Below the pieces are notes generated by a model. That model was not told the DNA's origin, made no database searches, and saw only the letters and a list, made by a program, of their open reading frames with translations. Source: Anthoceros angustus (Eukaryota > Plantae > Anthocerotophyta). From it: a stretch of 64,000 nucleotides of DNA. Position 1 is the stretch's first letter. Each line of letters starts with the position of its first letter. Made by a program: the position numbers and the translations under genes. Of this stretch, positions 1 through 11,100 are shown piece by piece. Location: contig MU008159.1 in the NCBI GenBank assembly GCA_010909165.1, positions 186,001 to 250,000 on the forward strand. Reading direction: 5' to 3'.

Positions 1-700
1 CGCCACCTTATGCCCCGTGATTTCTTCATAGCTTGAGAACCAAAGCCAATTATAGGTGAAGTGTTGAGACGCTCTAGAGTCGAGGTACAAAATCTCATCC
101 TTCTTTGATGCCTGTTGTCCTACCCTTTCTATGGTTAAGACAGCAAAGAGATGTTCTCCTCCTCACTCACTTGATTGGCTTGTGACTCCCTTTCCCTTCT
201 ACTTCAAGTCAGCCAACCTTGTCCTACAATCCTTGGCATAGTGGCTAGGCTTTTTACAATAATGGCAAGTACCCCACACCTTTTTCTTCACATCTTTCTC
301 CTTCGATCCTTCTCCGGTATTGGCTTGTGAAGTCTTCCCACGTGTCGTTCTCTTCTTTGAGAAGAGCATCGAGTCTCCATTCTCTTCTTTCTTGAAGCAA
401 TTCTCCTCCTCCTCTTGTAGGAGCAACCCAACCACGTCATCCAACGTTGGTGGTTTGTCGCTCAGACGCATCGCTACTGTCGTTCTAAAGGCCAACACAA
501 ATTGCTTGTATGCGGATGGTAGGCTACTCAACAACACCACGATAACCTTTTTTTCAGAAGGTTTGACGTCCGCCGCCTTCATTTGATCCACCAAGTTCTT
601 CAACTTGTTGACGTGTTATTGAATGGTGTCACCCTCAACCGTCATGAAGTTCGCAAATTGTTGTTCTTCGATGAGAAGCATCTTCATCTTCAACTTCCAC
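1..700 (-). mobile_element. Ty1/Copia gag-protease relic (degenerate, runs off window start)
   Basis: ORF 199-603 has a UBN2-like gag (VLLSSLPSAYKQFV) and CCHC knuckle CHYCKKPSHYAKDC. The same frame continues past stops to LYLDSRASQHFT (~60-95), resembling the Copia WxLDSGASxHMT protease motif. WKLKMKMLL gag-N motif near 680-700. Confidence 0.8.
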
Positions 701-857
701 AATATGAAGATTGTGCATCCAAACTTCTCCACTAGAAGTGTCTCCAGGCTTGTTGACGTCATGCCTAGCTTCCCTTCAATTGATCGTTAAGATTAGAATT
801 GAGCACCTCACTCAGATGTACTACAAGGACTACTACCAAGACCTTCTCAATTGCACA

Positions 858-1148
858 CAAGTTCTCACAAGCACAAGGCTAAGAGCTATGCATATATACA
901 CAAGCTCTCCACAAGCTCAAGGTTAAGAACTATGCAATTGCAAACAAGTTCTCACAAGCACAAGGCTAAGAGCTATGCATATATACACAAGCTCTCCACA
1001 AGCTCAAGGTTAAGAACTATGCAATTGCAAACAAGTTCTCACAAGCACAAGGCTAAGAGCTATGCATATATACACAAGCTCTCCCAAGCTCAAGGTTAAG
1101 AACTATGCAATTGCAAACAAGTTCTCACAAGCACAAGGCTAAGAACTA
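858..1148. repeat. 87-bp tandem repeat x3.3, itself a 43+44 bp dimer
   Basis: caagttctcacaagcacaagg starts at 858, 945, 1032 and 1118. The two half-units are similar (caagttctcacaagcacaaggctaagagctatgca / caagctctccacaagctcaaggttaagaactatgca). Confidence 0.95.
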
Positions 1149-1470
1149 GGCAATAGGCCTTGACTCAAGTACCCAACTAGCAGTGCAGGATGAAATGTGG
1201 AGGCCAACAATGTCTGCTAGTTTCTTCTTTTGCTCACACTGCTTTTGACCTACAAGGGAAGGCCATTGTCATGAATGCTAGAAGTGTAAGATGTCATTGT
1301 GTCAACTCTGTGTTGTCGAACTTGCTGCTCACGGCTTTCTTCCTGCTTTGCTGCTCTGCTTGCTGTCATCCATTGGTATAGGTTAGCCGCAGCGAAGCGA
1401 GGTCGGGGATGTAGCATCCTAGTAGTAGGAAGTTGCAACCAAAAAGGTCTCTAATCCTGCAGCTATAGAA

Positions 1471-1692
1471 ATGAATACATAACCTGCGATGGTATCTCTT
1501 CCCAAGGTGATATGAATACATAACCTGCTATGGTATCTCTTCCCAAGGTGATATGAATACATAACCTGAGATGGTATCTCTTCCCAAGGTGATATGAATA
1601 CATAACCTGCGATGGTATCTCTTCCCAAGGTGATATGAATACATAACCTGCGATGGTATCTAGGCAACGTATTCATATGACCTTGGGAAGAG
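1471..1692. repeat. 41-bp tandem array x4.7 followed by an inverted partial unit
   Basis: Unit atgaatacataacctgcgatggtatctcttcccaaggtgat at 1471, 1512, 1553, 1594 and 1635. 1670-1692 is the reverse complement of ctcttcccaaggt(c/g)atatgaata. Confidence 0.95.
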
Positions 1693-1740
1693 TTCGTCTC
1701 TCTGTGTTTCAATAATACGATGTATAACATAGGGGAATCA

Positions 1741-1797
1741 GAACCCTTGCTGAAGATTTGAACCCTTGCTCAAGATTTGAACCTTTGCTGAAGATTT
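1741..1797. repeat. 19-bp tandem repeat x3
   Basis: gaacccttgctgaagattt / gaacccttgctcaagattt / gaacctttgctgaagattt. Confidence 0.9.
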
Positions 1798-2087
1798 CTC
1801 CCCCGGGTTTGTTTTGATTTATTTTCAAAATACCAAATTAAAAAAAAGGTCCTGTCAATAATCTCGGTGACAGACGGTCTTGGCTGTGATGGATCTGCTG
1901 AGCCAGGCCTCAGTGGTTGGATGTAGAGGCGTTCGTCCGTCACCTCTGTTCACCGAGACCAGTACTGTTTGCCTACCAGCTTCTTCACCAGGCAGGGCAG
2001 AAGTAGTTGGAGTAGGTGGTCTCGTTGTTTGACATGTCCTGGCATGGCTGGCTGCAGAATCCTTGTTGCTGTCCAGAATGGAAGACA

Positions 2088-4493
2088 TCAGGCAGGCCTG
2101 TAGTCGGTGCCAGTGTAAATCGTGGAGCTGGTGTCATAACTGTTGTGAGCTCTCATGTCTGCAGCATATCTCTTTGCCAGGACCGTTGTGGGAGCCTCAG
2201 AGAAGGCAGGTGGCAGCTCTCTGGGAAGGATAGGCAGCTGGAGGGATCCTGTTAAGTACTGGGTCACCAAAATCATGCTAGGCCTGATTGAGGGATCAGG
2301 GAAGGAGCACATGAGGCCCAGCTGCAACAGAATCATCGCTTTCTCCTTATCGCACTCTACCCTTATGGCCGGAGGTATTGCATCCATCAGCGAGTCCTCT
2401 TTCTCCACATAGAGGCTCCAGACCCAACTCACAAGATGATACTCCTTGGGTGGCCTGCGCCAATCCATTGGCTTCCGCCCGCACACCATTTCCAGCACCA
2501 TCACTCCAAAGCTAAACACGTCCGAATCCGCCCCCACTTTGAAGTTTTCATGGCATTCAGGAGCCAAGTACCCCACCGTACCTGCCCGTCCATGCACTCG
2601 AGGTTAGCTTGACAAAGCTACAAAGCTCTAATTCCAAGGTCACGTTGATCCACATGCAAACTACATCGTACAAGACAGGGCGTGCACTAACCTGCCGCTC
2701 CCGTAACTGTTTGGGAGAGCTTGTCCTTGTTCATGGCAACCCCCAGCCCAAAATCACCCAGTCGAGGAACAAAGCTGGCATCCAACATGACGTTGCTGGG
2801 TTTGATGTCCCTGTGTATCACTGGCTGCTGCCACCCTCGATGCAGATAACAGAGAGCATCTGCCACCCCCTGTATGATGCTAACCCTCGTCCCCCAATCC
2901 AAACCAGTTCCCACAGCCAGTTCCTCCAGCTCAAGCTCGTGGTCGTCCTTGGCAGGGTAGAGGTGCCTGGCAAGGCTGCCATTAGGCATGTACTCATACA
3001 CCAGCAGCAGCTCCTCGTGCTCTGCGCACCATCCTTTCAGCGGGACCAGATTCTTGTGGCTCAGTTGCCCGATGCTCGTCACCTGCTATTCCACAGCACA
3101 CACAAAATCTGCCTGTAATTCATCCGACAGCCATCCAGAGTGCAGCTGTGAAAATCAGACCTAGACTGAGATTATGGTTTACCTCCGCAAGAAACTGTTT
3201 CTCTCCATCTCTGGAACCCCGTCTGATCCTCTTCACCGCCACAAAACCCCCATCTGCCATGACTCCCTTGAACACAGCCCCGAAGCCGCCCTCCCCTAGT
3301 ATGGTGCTGAAATTGCTGGTTGCCTTCTTGAGCTGGCTGTACGCGATGCGGCGAGGTCCATATCCCGCTTGCGGCAGATGGAGATTGTGAACCGATTGTG
3401 TTCTCTTCCTCCGCCTCAAATAACACCAGCATCCAGAACAGATCGTCACTGCTAGCAACATCGGCAGCCCGACCCCGATTGCAAGCCCTAGCTCCGTCCC
3501 CGGGGCGGAAAGAGCAGGAATCTACCCAGCTCCTGGGCTCTGGGGAGCTGCGGCAGGCGACGATGCAGGGATTGAGGGAGCCGGGCTCGAGGCGGGCACC
3601 TCGGATGATGCTGCAACCGGCACAGGCAGCGTCGTCAACGACGTTGTGAAGTCCCATTCAGAGATGATGTTGATCTCAAACTCGGTGCCGGTGGCAGCCG
3701 AGAAGCGCACGAACGATCTCTCCCTCACGAAGGCAGAGAGATTGAAGCTGGAGAAAGTCAGAACCTGCTGCGAATCCACATCCGCGGGCAGATTAGGAGA
3801 CTGGGCGACGGAGATGTTCACCCTCAGCTGCTGGGACACAGCCGAGTACTCGATCCAGGCCCGGACGGTGTTGCCGGCTTTGATTCCCGGCAGCTCCTGC
3901 GACAAAGCGGTGGAATTCAGGCTGTTGAGGTCCAACCCGACGTGAGGAGCGTAGTTGGGGTCCCAGGAATCCACCACGCTCCGGTAGAAGGTATCGAACT
4001 CCACGGCCACCAGGTGCGTGCTTCCATCCGACGGAGCTCCCGACCCTCCAGAAGCCGTCGGAAAGAGACCCAACGCGCCTCCGGTCGCGGTGGGGTCGGT
4101 CGGGGTCGAGATGTTGGGCGCGATGACGAAGGCCAGGCCGTCGGCGATCACGCTCGAGCCGGATGCGATTGTGAAGAGGAAGGAGGTGGTGAAGGATGCG
4201 TACGTCCCTGCAGCAGGATTGAAGAACTGGACAGGCGTCGTGTACATCACCCTGGCTGCGCTGTACTGCAAGGCACTGAGCGGCAGGCCGACAACGCTAC
4301 CTTGGATGACGCACGGATGTTCACACGATAGCGAATCCTGAGCCTGGGAGAAGTTTCTGATCGACAGGCTCACGGTCTGGCTGCCGATTTGGGTGATCGC
4401 GCTCAGCAGAGTCAGGGGAACGGCAAAGATCAGAGCACACCGGTGGAGGAAACATCGGTGCGTGCTGTGGCTGGAGGGAACTGCCACGGCCAT
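2088..4493 (-). CDS. LecRK: L-type (legume) lectin receptor-like kinase with in-frame TAG at 3522-3524 (possible pseudogene or truncated allele)
   Basis: Signal peptide; lectin motifs ADGLAFVI and VAVEFDTF; Ser/Pro/Ala linker; TM GLAIGVGLPMLLAVTICSGCWCY-LRRRK; kinase motifs GEGGFGAVFKG, VAVKR, HRDIKPSN, DFG and GYLAPE. Inferred GT-AG introns 3083-3182 and 2582-2691 restore the frame. Confidence 0.9.
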
Positions 4494-4837
4494 GGCTCAT
4501 CCTCTGCCTCGGCAGCTCACGTCCAATTTGCATGTATTCCCGGCCCGCATCAAGCACGAGCTCCATCTCTGGCCCAGGAGCGCGCGACTCCGAGTGACTG
4601 GGTCAAGGCGTGCGCTCGAAGCTCGTGGAACATGTCACTTCGCTTGTAGGGTCAGGTGCTTGAAAGCCAAAGGAAGGCCGACAGTCTTTCCCGAGAATTT
4701 GATTCCCTGATTGTCATGCAAGCAATGCGTGAGAGTCCGCCAGATGGCAGCTCCTTAGAAACAGCCCACTAACGGCCTGGAGCTTCCCTTCGAAGGGTAG
4801 TCAACTCTCTCTGTGCACAGTGTGAAAGATCCATGTT

Positions 4838-5037
4838 TTTTCTCAGGCATTGTCGTAAAAGGAGCAAGCCCTGCTGTCTTTTCTCAGGCATTGGCGTAGA
4901 AGGAGCAAGCCCTGCTGTCTTTTCTCAGGCATTGTCGTTGAAGGAGCAAGCCCTGCTGTCTTTTCTCAGGCATTGTCGTAGAAGGAGCAAGCCCTGCTGT
5001 CTTTTCTCATGCATTGTCGTAGAAGGAGCAAGCCCTG
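4838..5037. repeat. 41-bp tandem repeat x~5 upstream of LecRK
   Basis: Unit ttttctcaggcattgtcgtagaaggagcaagccctgctgtc; ggagc anchors at 4861, 4902, 4943, 4984 and 5025. Confidence 0.95.
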
Positions 5038-5645
5038 GTGTCGAAACAAGTGTCCTTCAACTGTCACTGATTCGTGGATGACGCTTGATGCAGTTGCAAG
5101 AATCAAGCTTGATGAGTTGCATTTGCGTCATTCAACACGGGGGAACCGAATGCTCACCCGACTGGGCGACTGAGCTAGAACTAGAACTAAGAGTTACAAT
5201 AGCAGTCAGAAGACAAGAACGATACCTACATGCTATGCTAATGGACCTCAACCCTGTCGCCTCATGTGAAAGAAAAGTTTGCAAACTCAACCATTGTTGC
5301 TTGCTATTTTGCAGATCCATTTTAGGTGTAGTCTTTCACTGATTGTACATATGGCTTGGTAGCGGGCAGTCCACATCCTGCACCTCAGCAGCCACTCAAC
5401 TAAGTTTCCCTACCTCTATATCTTTATGGCACAATGCCATTCGGTAGAATGTACAGTTGAAGATAGCCCTGTTTGTGGGCTGTCTCCTGCCAAGTCTGTG
5501 AGATTGGCAACCTCGTGTTGTTAATTTGTCAAGAGTCGATTGTTGGATGTTCGAGACAGGATTTGATCAAGAGCCCATTGTTGGATGTTCCAGCTCCTGT
5601 CTCGAGAGCACGTAAATCTGACAGGGGTTATCTGATGAGGCCAGT

Positions 5646-6608
5646 CTACTGGAAGTTCCTGTCTCCTTCAAACGTCTGCCCAAAGGTCCAGTTGTCGGAA
5701 GCTACGTCGTAGAACGTGAGGGTCTGGCCATCGCTTGTGGTGACTTGGAAGGAAAGACTCTGCCCATCCAGCTTGGAATTGCTCTGCCAGTTCTGCCCCC
5801 AGTTTCGAGACATGGGCTCCCAGCCGGTGTTTGAGCCCTTGATGGACACAGCGTGAACATCACCGGCCCCTCCCACATTGCTCACCAGGACCAGGTTGAA
5901 GTAGGAGTGCCCATTGACGGTGAAGTGGACGCCTCCTTTCTTGACGCAGGAAACCCTGTAGGCGGAAGCATGACCCAAGGAAGTTCAGTTTGACAACTGT
6001 TTCGCAGTTTCAGGACGGCTCAGAATGAGGTAGAATTTGAAGAAACTGTTACCTGCGGTAGAAGACGGGAACAATGCCGGCTCTGTACTGTGCGATTTGC
6101 TGGAATGCTGGCTGTGACATGTCGAAATGCTGCAGGGGCTCATTGCACCAGCCTCCGTTGTCGTTGGGGAGAGAAGGGTTGGGGGGACACAGGTTAGTGG
6201 CAGTGACGACGATGCTTGATGCTCCTGCAACACACCATTCCGGCTGGTTGCACTTGATCTCAAAGCAAGCGCCACAGGATAGCCCGTCGTTGAAGAGTGC
6301 TGTGCTCAATGCTGCTGTGGCGAGTCCATAGCCTTGGCTGTACAAGTTGCTGTACCCACATGCACCGCCTGCAAAACAATTCACATCCACCTTCAGTCTG
6401 TTTCTCAAGGCAAATGGAATCCGATCCTGGGCCCCTGGGCACCGTGATGCTTACCCATTGTACCAGAAGCATCACTCCCTCCATAAAATGTGGCATGCCC
6501 ATCTTGCCAGCTTGAGCCAGCGTAGTCTCCTGACACAGACTTGAGACATGCGGACATGAATGCAATCACTGCCATTGCTACAGCTGGGAATCTCGACTGT
6601 CGTGCCAT
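5646..6608 (-). CDS. EXPA: Alpha-expansin #1 (3 exons: 6608-6455, 6368-6053, 5955-5646)
   Basis: Signal peptide, [61 protein letters not shown] and RNWGQNWQS. Canonical EXPA intron positions. Confidence 0.96.
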
Positions 6609-7947
6609 TCTGGAACTTGGAAGAGGTTGTACAGGATTTGAATGTGATCCTCTTGATTGAGAAGAACTTCAGCAATCAAGTCTACACGTGATCCAACAAG
6701 ATACAGCTGGGACACGAGACAAGAGCAAAGTTGAAAACACCAAGCAGATGATGAGACTCGCAAAGTGGCCTTCAGGGCTGCCTGCACGGTGTTGCAAGGA
6801 CTGAAATTTGAAGCACTCGAGAGACTCCAGATGAGCACGAAGCAGAAGGTGGGTTGCAAGGATTGAATGTGGGTTGTGCAGATGGAGCATGACCCTATAT
6901 GTAGGCACAAGATGCGGTGTCTGCTGTGCTGCACGTTCCCATCATCTGTGCCTCTGACATGGAACAACTTCTGTGCCTCTGATATGGAACAACGTGTCTG
7001 GTTGTCCCCCATCCAAACGTGCCATGTCTGTACCAGGTATTTGCTTTCTCCTGCTACATTTGCTTTCCCCGTCAAATGCTAGCTACTAGCTTCAAACCTC
7101 CGCATTGTTTGATGATCCAGCGCTTCTCTGCAGCTGGTTACAAGTCTTGAAGTCAGTGCATCAAGGACGTCTCCATCAGACATGCTGCACACCCTCCCAC
7201 ACTATTTTGTGGAGTGGCTGAGGGGCATGAGCCCACGACACACTGCATCTTCCAATCACCATCAGCACCAACCTTTGCACCGCCTGCACACCAGCAGGCC
7301 TTTCCACATGAAAGCCTCTGCGCGTGCTAAATGAGGAGAGAGGACTCCTCCAATCGGAACAAATCTCAGTCTGTTTGTTTTATGACGGCCTCAATGGCGA
7401 ACATCTCCCCTCAACGAAAGCCCTGACGCTCGTGGCTTTGATCGCGGCATCTTTCTGAAGTGCCAATCCGATCGATCATGCCGGATGAAACGTGGGACGT
7501 GATGAGGATGCCCAACTGAAGGTGATGTTGGCTTCCCAGCACCTGCAGTTCAAAAGCCTGTCCTCTTTACATTGTTGGCAGAGCTAACGTGATCTAAGCT
7601 ATCTGTGGTAGTCAATGCTTTGGAAGCGGTGGCCTCATCACCACCACAGCAAGTGCGCACTGTGTTGAATTTGTCTACCTACACAGCTCTAACAATGTCT
7701 CTTGGTGGATCCTGTTTGTGGGCTCTCTCCTGCTACTTGTGTCACATGGTGGAATTTTTGGGGCTGCTTCTCTTGGCCATAACTCTTGAGCAATGAAGAG
7801 TTCTTCCAGTGAAAGGTACAACTTGCAATACAGGCATCCCTGCCAAGCAATTTCTCATTCAAAGTAAATCTGTGCCTGCAGCTTCTTCCAAAGACTTCAT
7901 TGATGCATCTATTGTGTAGCACTCAAACGGACAACGTGCAGTCATGC

Positions 7948-8108
7948 TCACCTACCGCTCCCACCATAAACCGTGGCATGCCCATCTTTCCAGCTTGAAC
8001 CAGCGTAGTTTCGTAACACAGACACAATCCATGCGAACATAAATGCAACCAGGCCTGCCAGAGTTGCACCTGACCAACCTTTTTGGAAAAGCTCGACTGT
8101 TGTGCCTT
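7948..8108 (-). pseudogene. Truncated duplicate of expansin #1 exon 1
   Basis: Translates ...VAFMFAWIVSVLRNYAGSSWKDGHATVYGGSGR* versus #1 ...[20 protein letters not shown]. The start ATG is replaced by AAG (8106-8108). No exon 2 or 3 was found. Confidence 0.85.
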
Positions 8109-11100
8109 TCTGCTAAAGCATCACTGGTCGGTTAGCTTAATATTCAGTGCTCAAGAGGTTTGTAGATCTGATGCTTGTGAAGGAGTTCAAGTTCAGCATA
8201 CAGGCTACATGTGATTGGAGAACTGCGGATGTGCATCAGATTCTAACAGGAAACTTTGAGGGCTAATTGGAAGGCAGACACGTATGCAAACACCTTGAGC
8301 AGCGCCTAAGGCAATATGCGTAGATTCTGTTTGGAGCAGGTGAGGCGACAAGATGATGCCACATGCTGAACTGTCTACATAGTTTGGTAACTGGTCCGGC
8401 GCCCCCACATAAGACCACATGCGTGGTTGCCTGCTCGCCAAACGTTGCCATGTCTGTACCAGAAACTAGCTATCCTTCTGAATGCTATAGCTGAATTTCT
8501 TGCTCCTCGTTTGATCTGGACAGCTATCCTCCGCAACGGCTTGGATGTATACATGCTTAACTTATATCACCAATGTGTCCCCATCGCACAACCTGCAAGA
8601 TCACCTTCCCACAGTACTTTTGTGCAGCGGCTGGAGAAGCATGGGACCAGCACCCGCCCACCAGTACCACCATCAAGAGCCCCCGAACTTTGCACACATG
8701 GAAACCAGCCGCGACATGGCATTGTCAGGCCTGTACACTCGAAAAGCAGCCGGCCATGGGCGTGCCAAATGAGGAGAGATCAAGCTCCAGGCTTGTCTGG
8801 CAACATCCTGCCGTTAAGGAAACTCTGCTGCTCCTGCCTTCTGGATCTCCCTTTCAAAAATCTGTCAGCTCTCCAACAGGTTGCATTCAGTAGACATTCA
8901 TCAGTGAGACTGCATGATCAACGTCCTCTGATCACGTTTTCCCAATCTCCCCTTATTAGGATTCAAATGCTGGTTGTGTTTGTTTTTTATCAGTTTCTGA
9001 AAGTGTACTGTTGCTTTGCTTCCTACAGGTGACTCCTGTAGCAGCAGGCATGAGGTCACCCGCAGGTGTATGCTCGCAGTGGCACAGTGACAGACATCAG
9101 AGGTTTGACCCATCATCTCCGAGACCCAGAACGTTCCTCAAGGCTCAGAGGCGGAATCCACAGAGACAGGTAGACAAAACAAAAACCCATCGATAGGTGC
9201 GCCCGGAATTAGAATCGCATGCGCACACAGTTCCGCAACTGGCCTGCAGCCTCACATGGGTTTGGGCTTCAACGCCTGCCAAGTGCTACAGCACAACGCG
9301 CAGACATTCTTCCTCCCGAATCTGATCGTCATGTGGGGAGGCTGCAATTCATCAAATTGCCGCCTTCCAGATGCAGCGTGCCCTTGCTTGGGAACCCGTG
9401 TCTGCAGGTGACTCTCACTGTAGCAGCGCACCCTCCAGCCTGCAGGCGCCCGCCTGCTTCAATGCTCGACGCTTGCTCCTTCCACGTGATTTGGACAACA
9501 GCAGGATGCCACCATGCATAGTGGATTTCCACAGTGGATTTCCAAGCTGGCTCCACCGTTGCGGCAGAGAATGATCTCACACCCGGAGCACTTGCACGCT
9601 TGGGGATATCAACGGATCATGCTTCTTCTTCCTTTCGACAAGCGGCAATATTTTCCAAATGCAGACGCAGCAGTTGCGGGGTGCAGCACTGCGGCCTGCA
9701 TCATGTGGCAATGACAAGCCACTCATGGCCGTCCCGGAGATGCGCACATCATGTGACCGGTACCAGTACAGGAGGAAGAGGGAGCGCTTGCCAAGCTCCT
9801 CAGAAATCCCTGTTCACACGTGCCATCCATGCATCATCCGGCTCTTTGGACAGCTTCCAATCATGCCTAACATGCGGCATGCCTGACTCTTGTCTTCATT
9901 GCAGAGGACCAACTCCGCATCTGGGCTCTCAAATCCCTTATCCTATTGAGCGAGTAGTGTTTGCAGCATTATCGGCTCTGAGTCAAGCTTCCTATCGTGC
10001 GTAACATACGGTGCAGGCCATGCAGTCTTCTTTTAAGCTTGTCTGCATTGATGAGGTCGCCCTCCTCATCATTCTGGGTTCCCTCAAATCTATATCTTAT
10101 GCATTTCTCACAGACTGAAAGATAATTGCCATTCTCCATCCCTTCCAGATCAGACCTTTCCCCCACAGTCTCTTCCTCGAAAATATTTCTTCCAAGCCCA
10201 GCCTTGGGTCCACTTAAGAATCGTTGGGAAGCCTCTACCACATGATACAGCAACAGGAGCTAGCTCCCGTCTTCCTCACCTATCTTCGTCCCAGTGATGT
10301 AGACTTGTAGACAGTAGAATATAAAAAAACTCAGCCTCTGGTGAGCACATCTTAAAAAGAGAGCACTGCTTTGGCATCGTCCTTCTACGCTCAGGAATTG
10401 TGCAGCCTGTACCTCCAAGAGTAGGATGTGAGATGTCGGCTTCCTCCATGTGGAACCGTGCAGCTGGTAGGTGCATGGATCAGAAGCCATGAACCCACCT
10501 AAGGCTTGGAAGCTTTTGCCTGGCAGCTGCTTCTAATACTGCCCCTAAAACAGCATCTGGGTCCTGCAATATTGGGAAAACCAAAGACTTCAGACAGGCC
10601 TGTAGCCCTCCACCAGAGCGTAAGGATATCAGTATCCTTGAACTGCCCAGAAACGTATCCAACCACCGACATGAGACGTTTCACGACTCAGCACAAACGA
10701 CCCACCAACCACACCAATGGTAAGGCAGGGCAGGCGGGCCTCTTTTCCCGTAGATTTGCTGGCCAAGTTCGTGCGAAGCCTGGGAACCTAGAGTAGCAGA
10801 GATCCCATCGCCATTCTCCCACTCGTAGTCTGTGTGGCTTGTCCTAGCCGGTTTCATGCTCCCGGGACCCGTGACAACACCACCAACGTCCTCCAAACTC
10901 CACCCTCCACGTCACCAAACCCCCGGTGAGCTGGTTCGAACCAGGGCGGTCAGCTCCCGTCACGGTCCGGGCCTGGGGACTCGGGCCCAACTGCCAACCA
11001 CCAGATGGACGAATTGGGGGCGATGTTGGCACAAAACAAAGAGCGCGTCTTGCTGCGGTTCGGTGATGAGAATCAGATGCGCAGAAGCAGGCGCAGGCGC

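Noticed and set aside
1471-1661. 41-bp array as a CRISPR array
   Set aside because: The units abut with no unique spacers, there are no cas genes and the context is eukaryotic.
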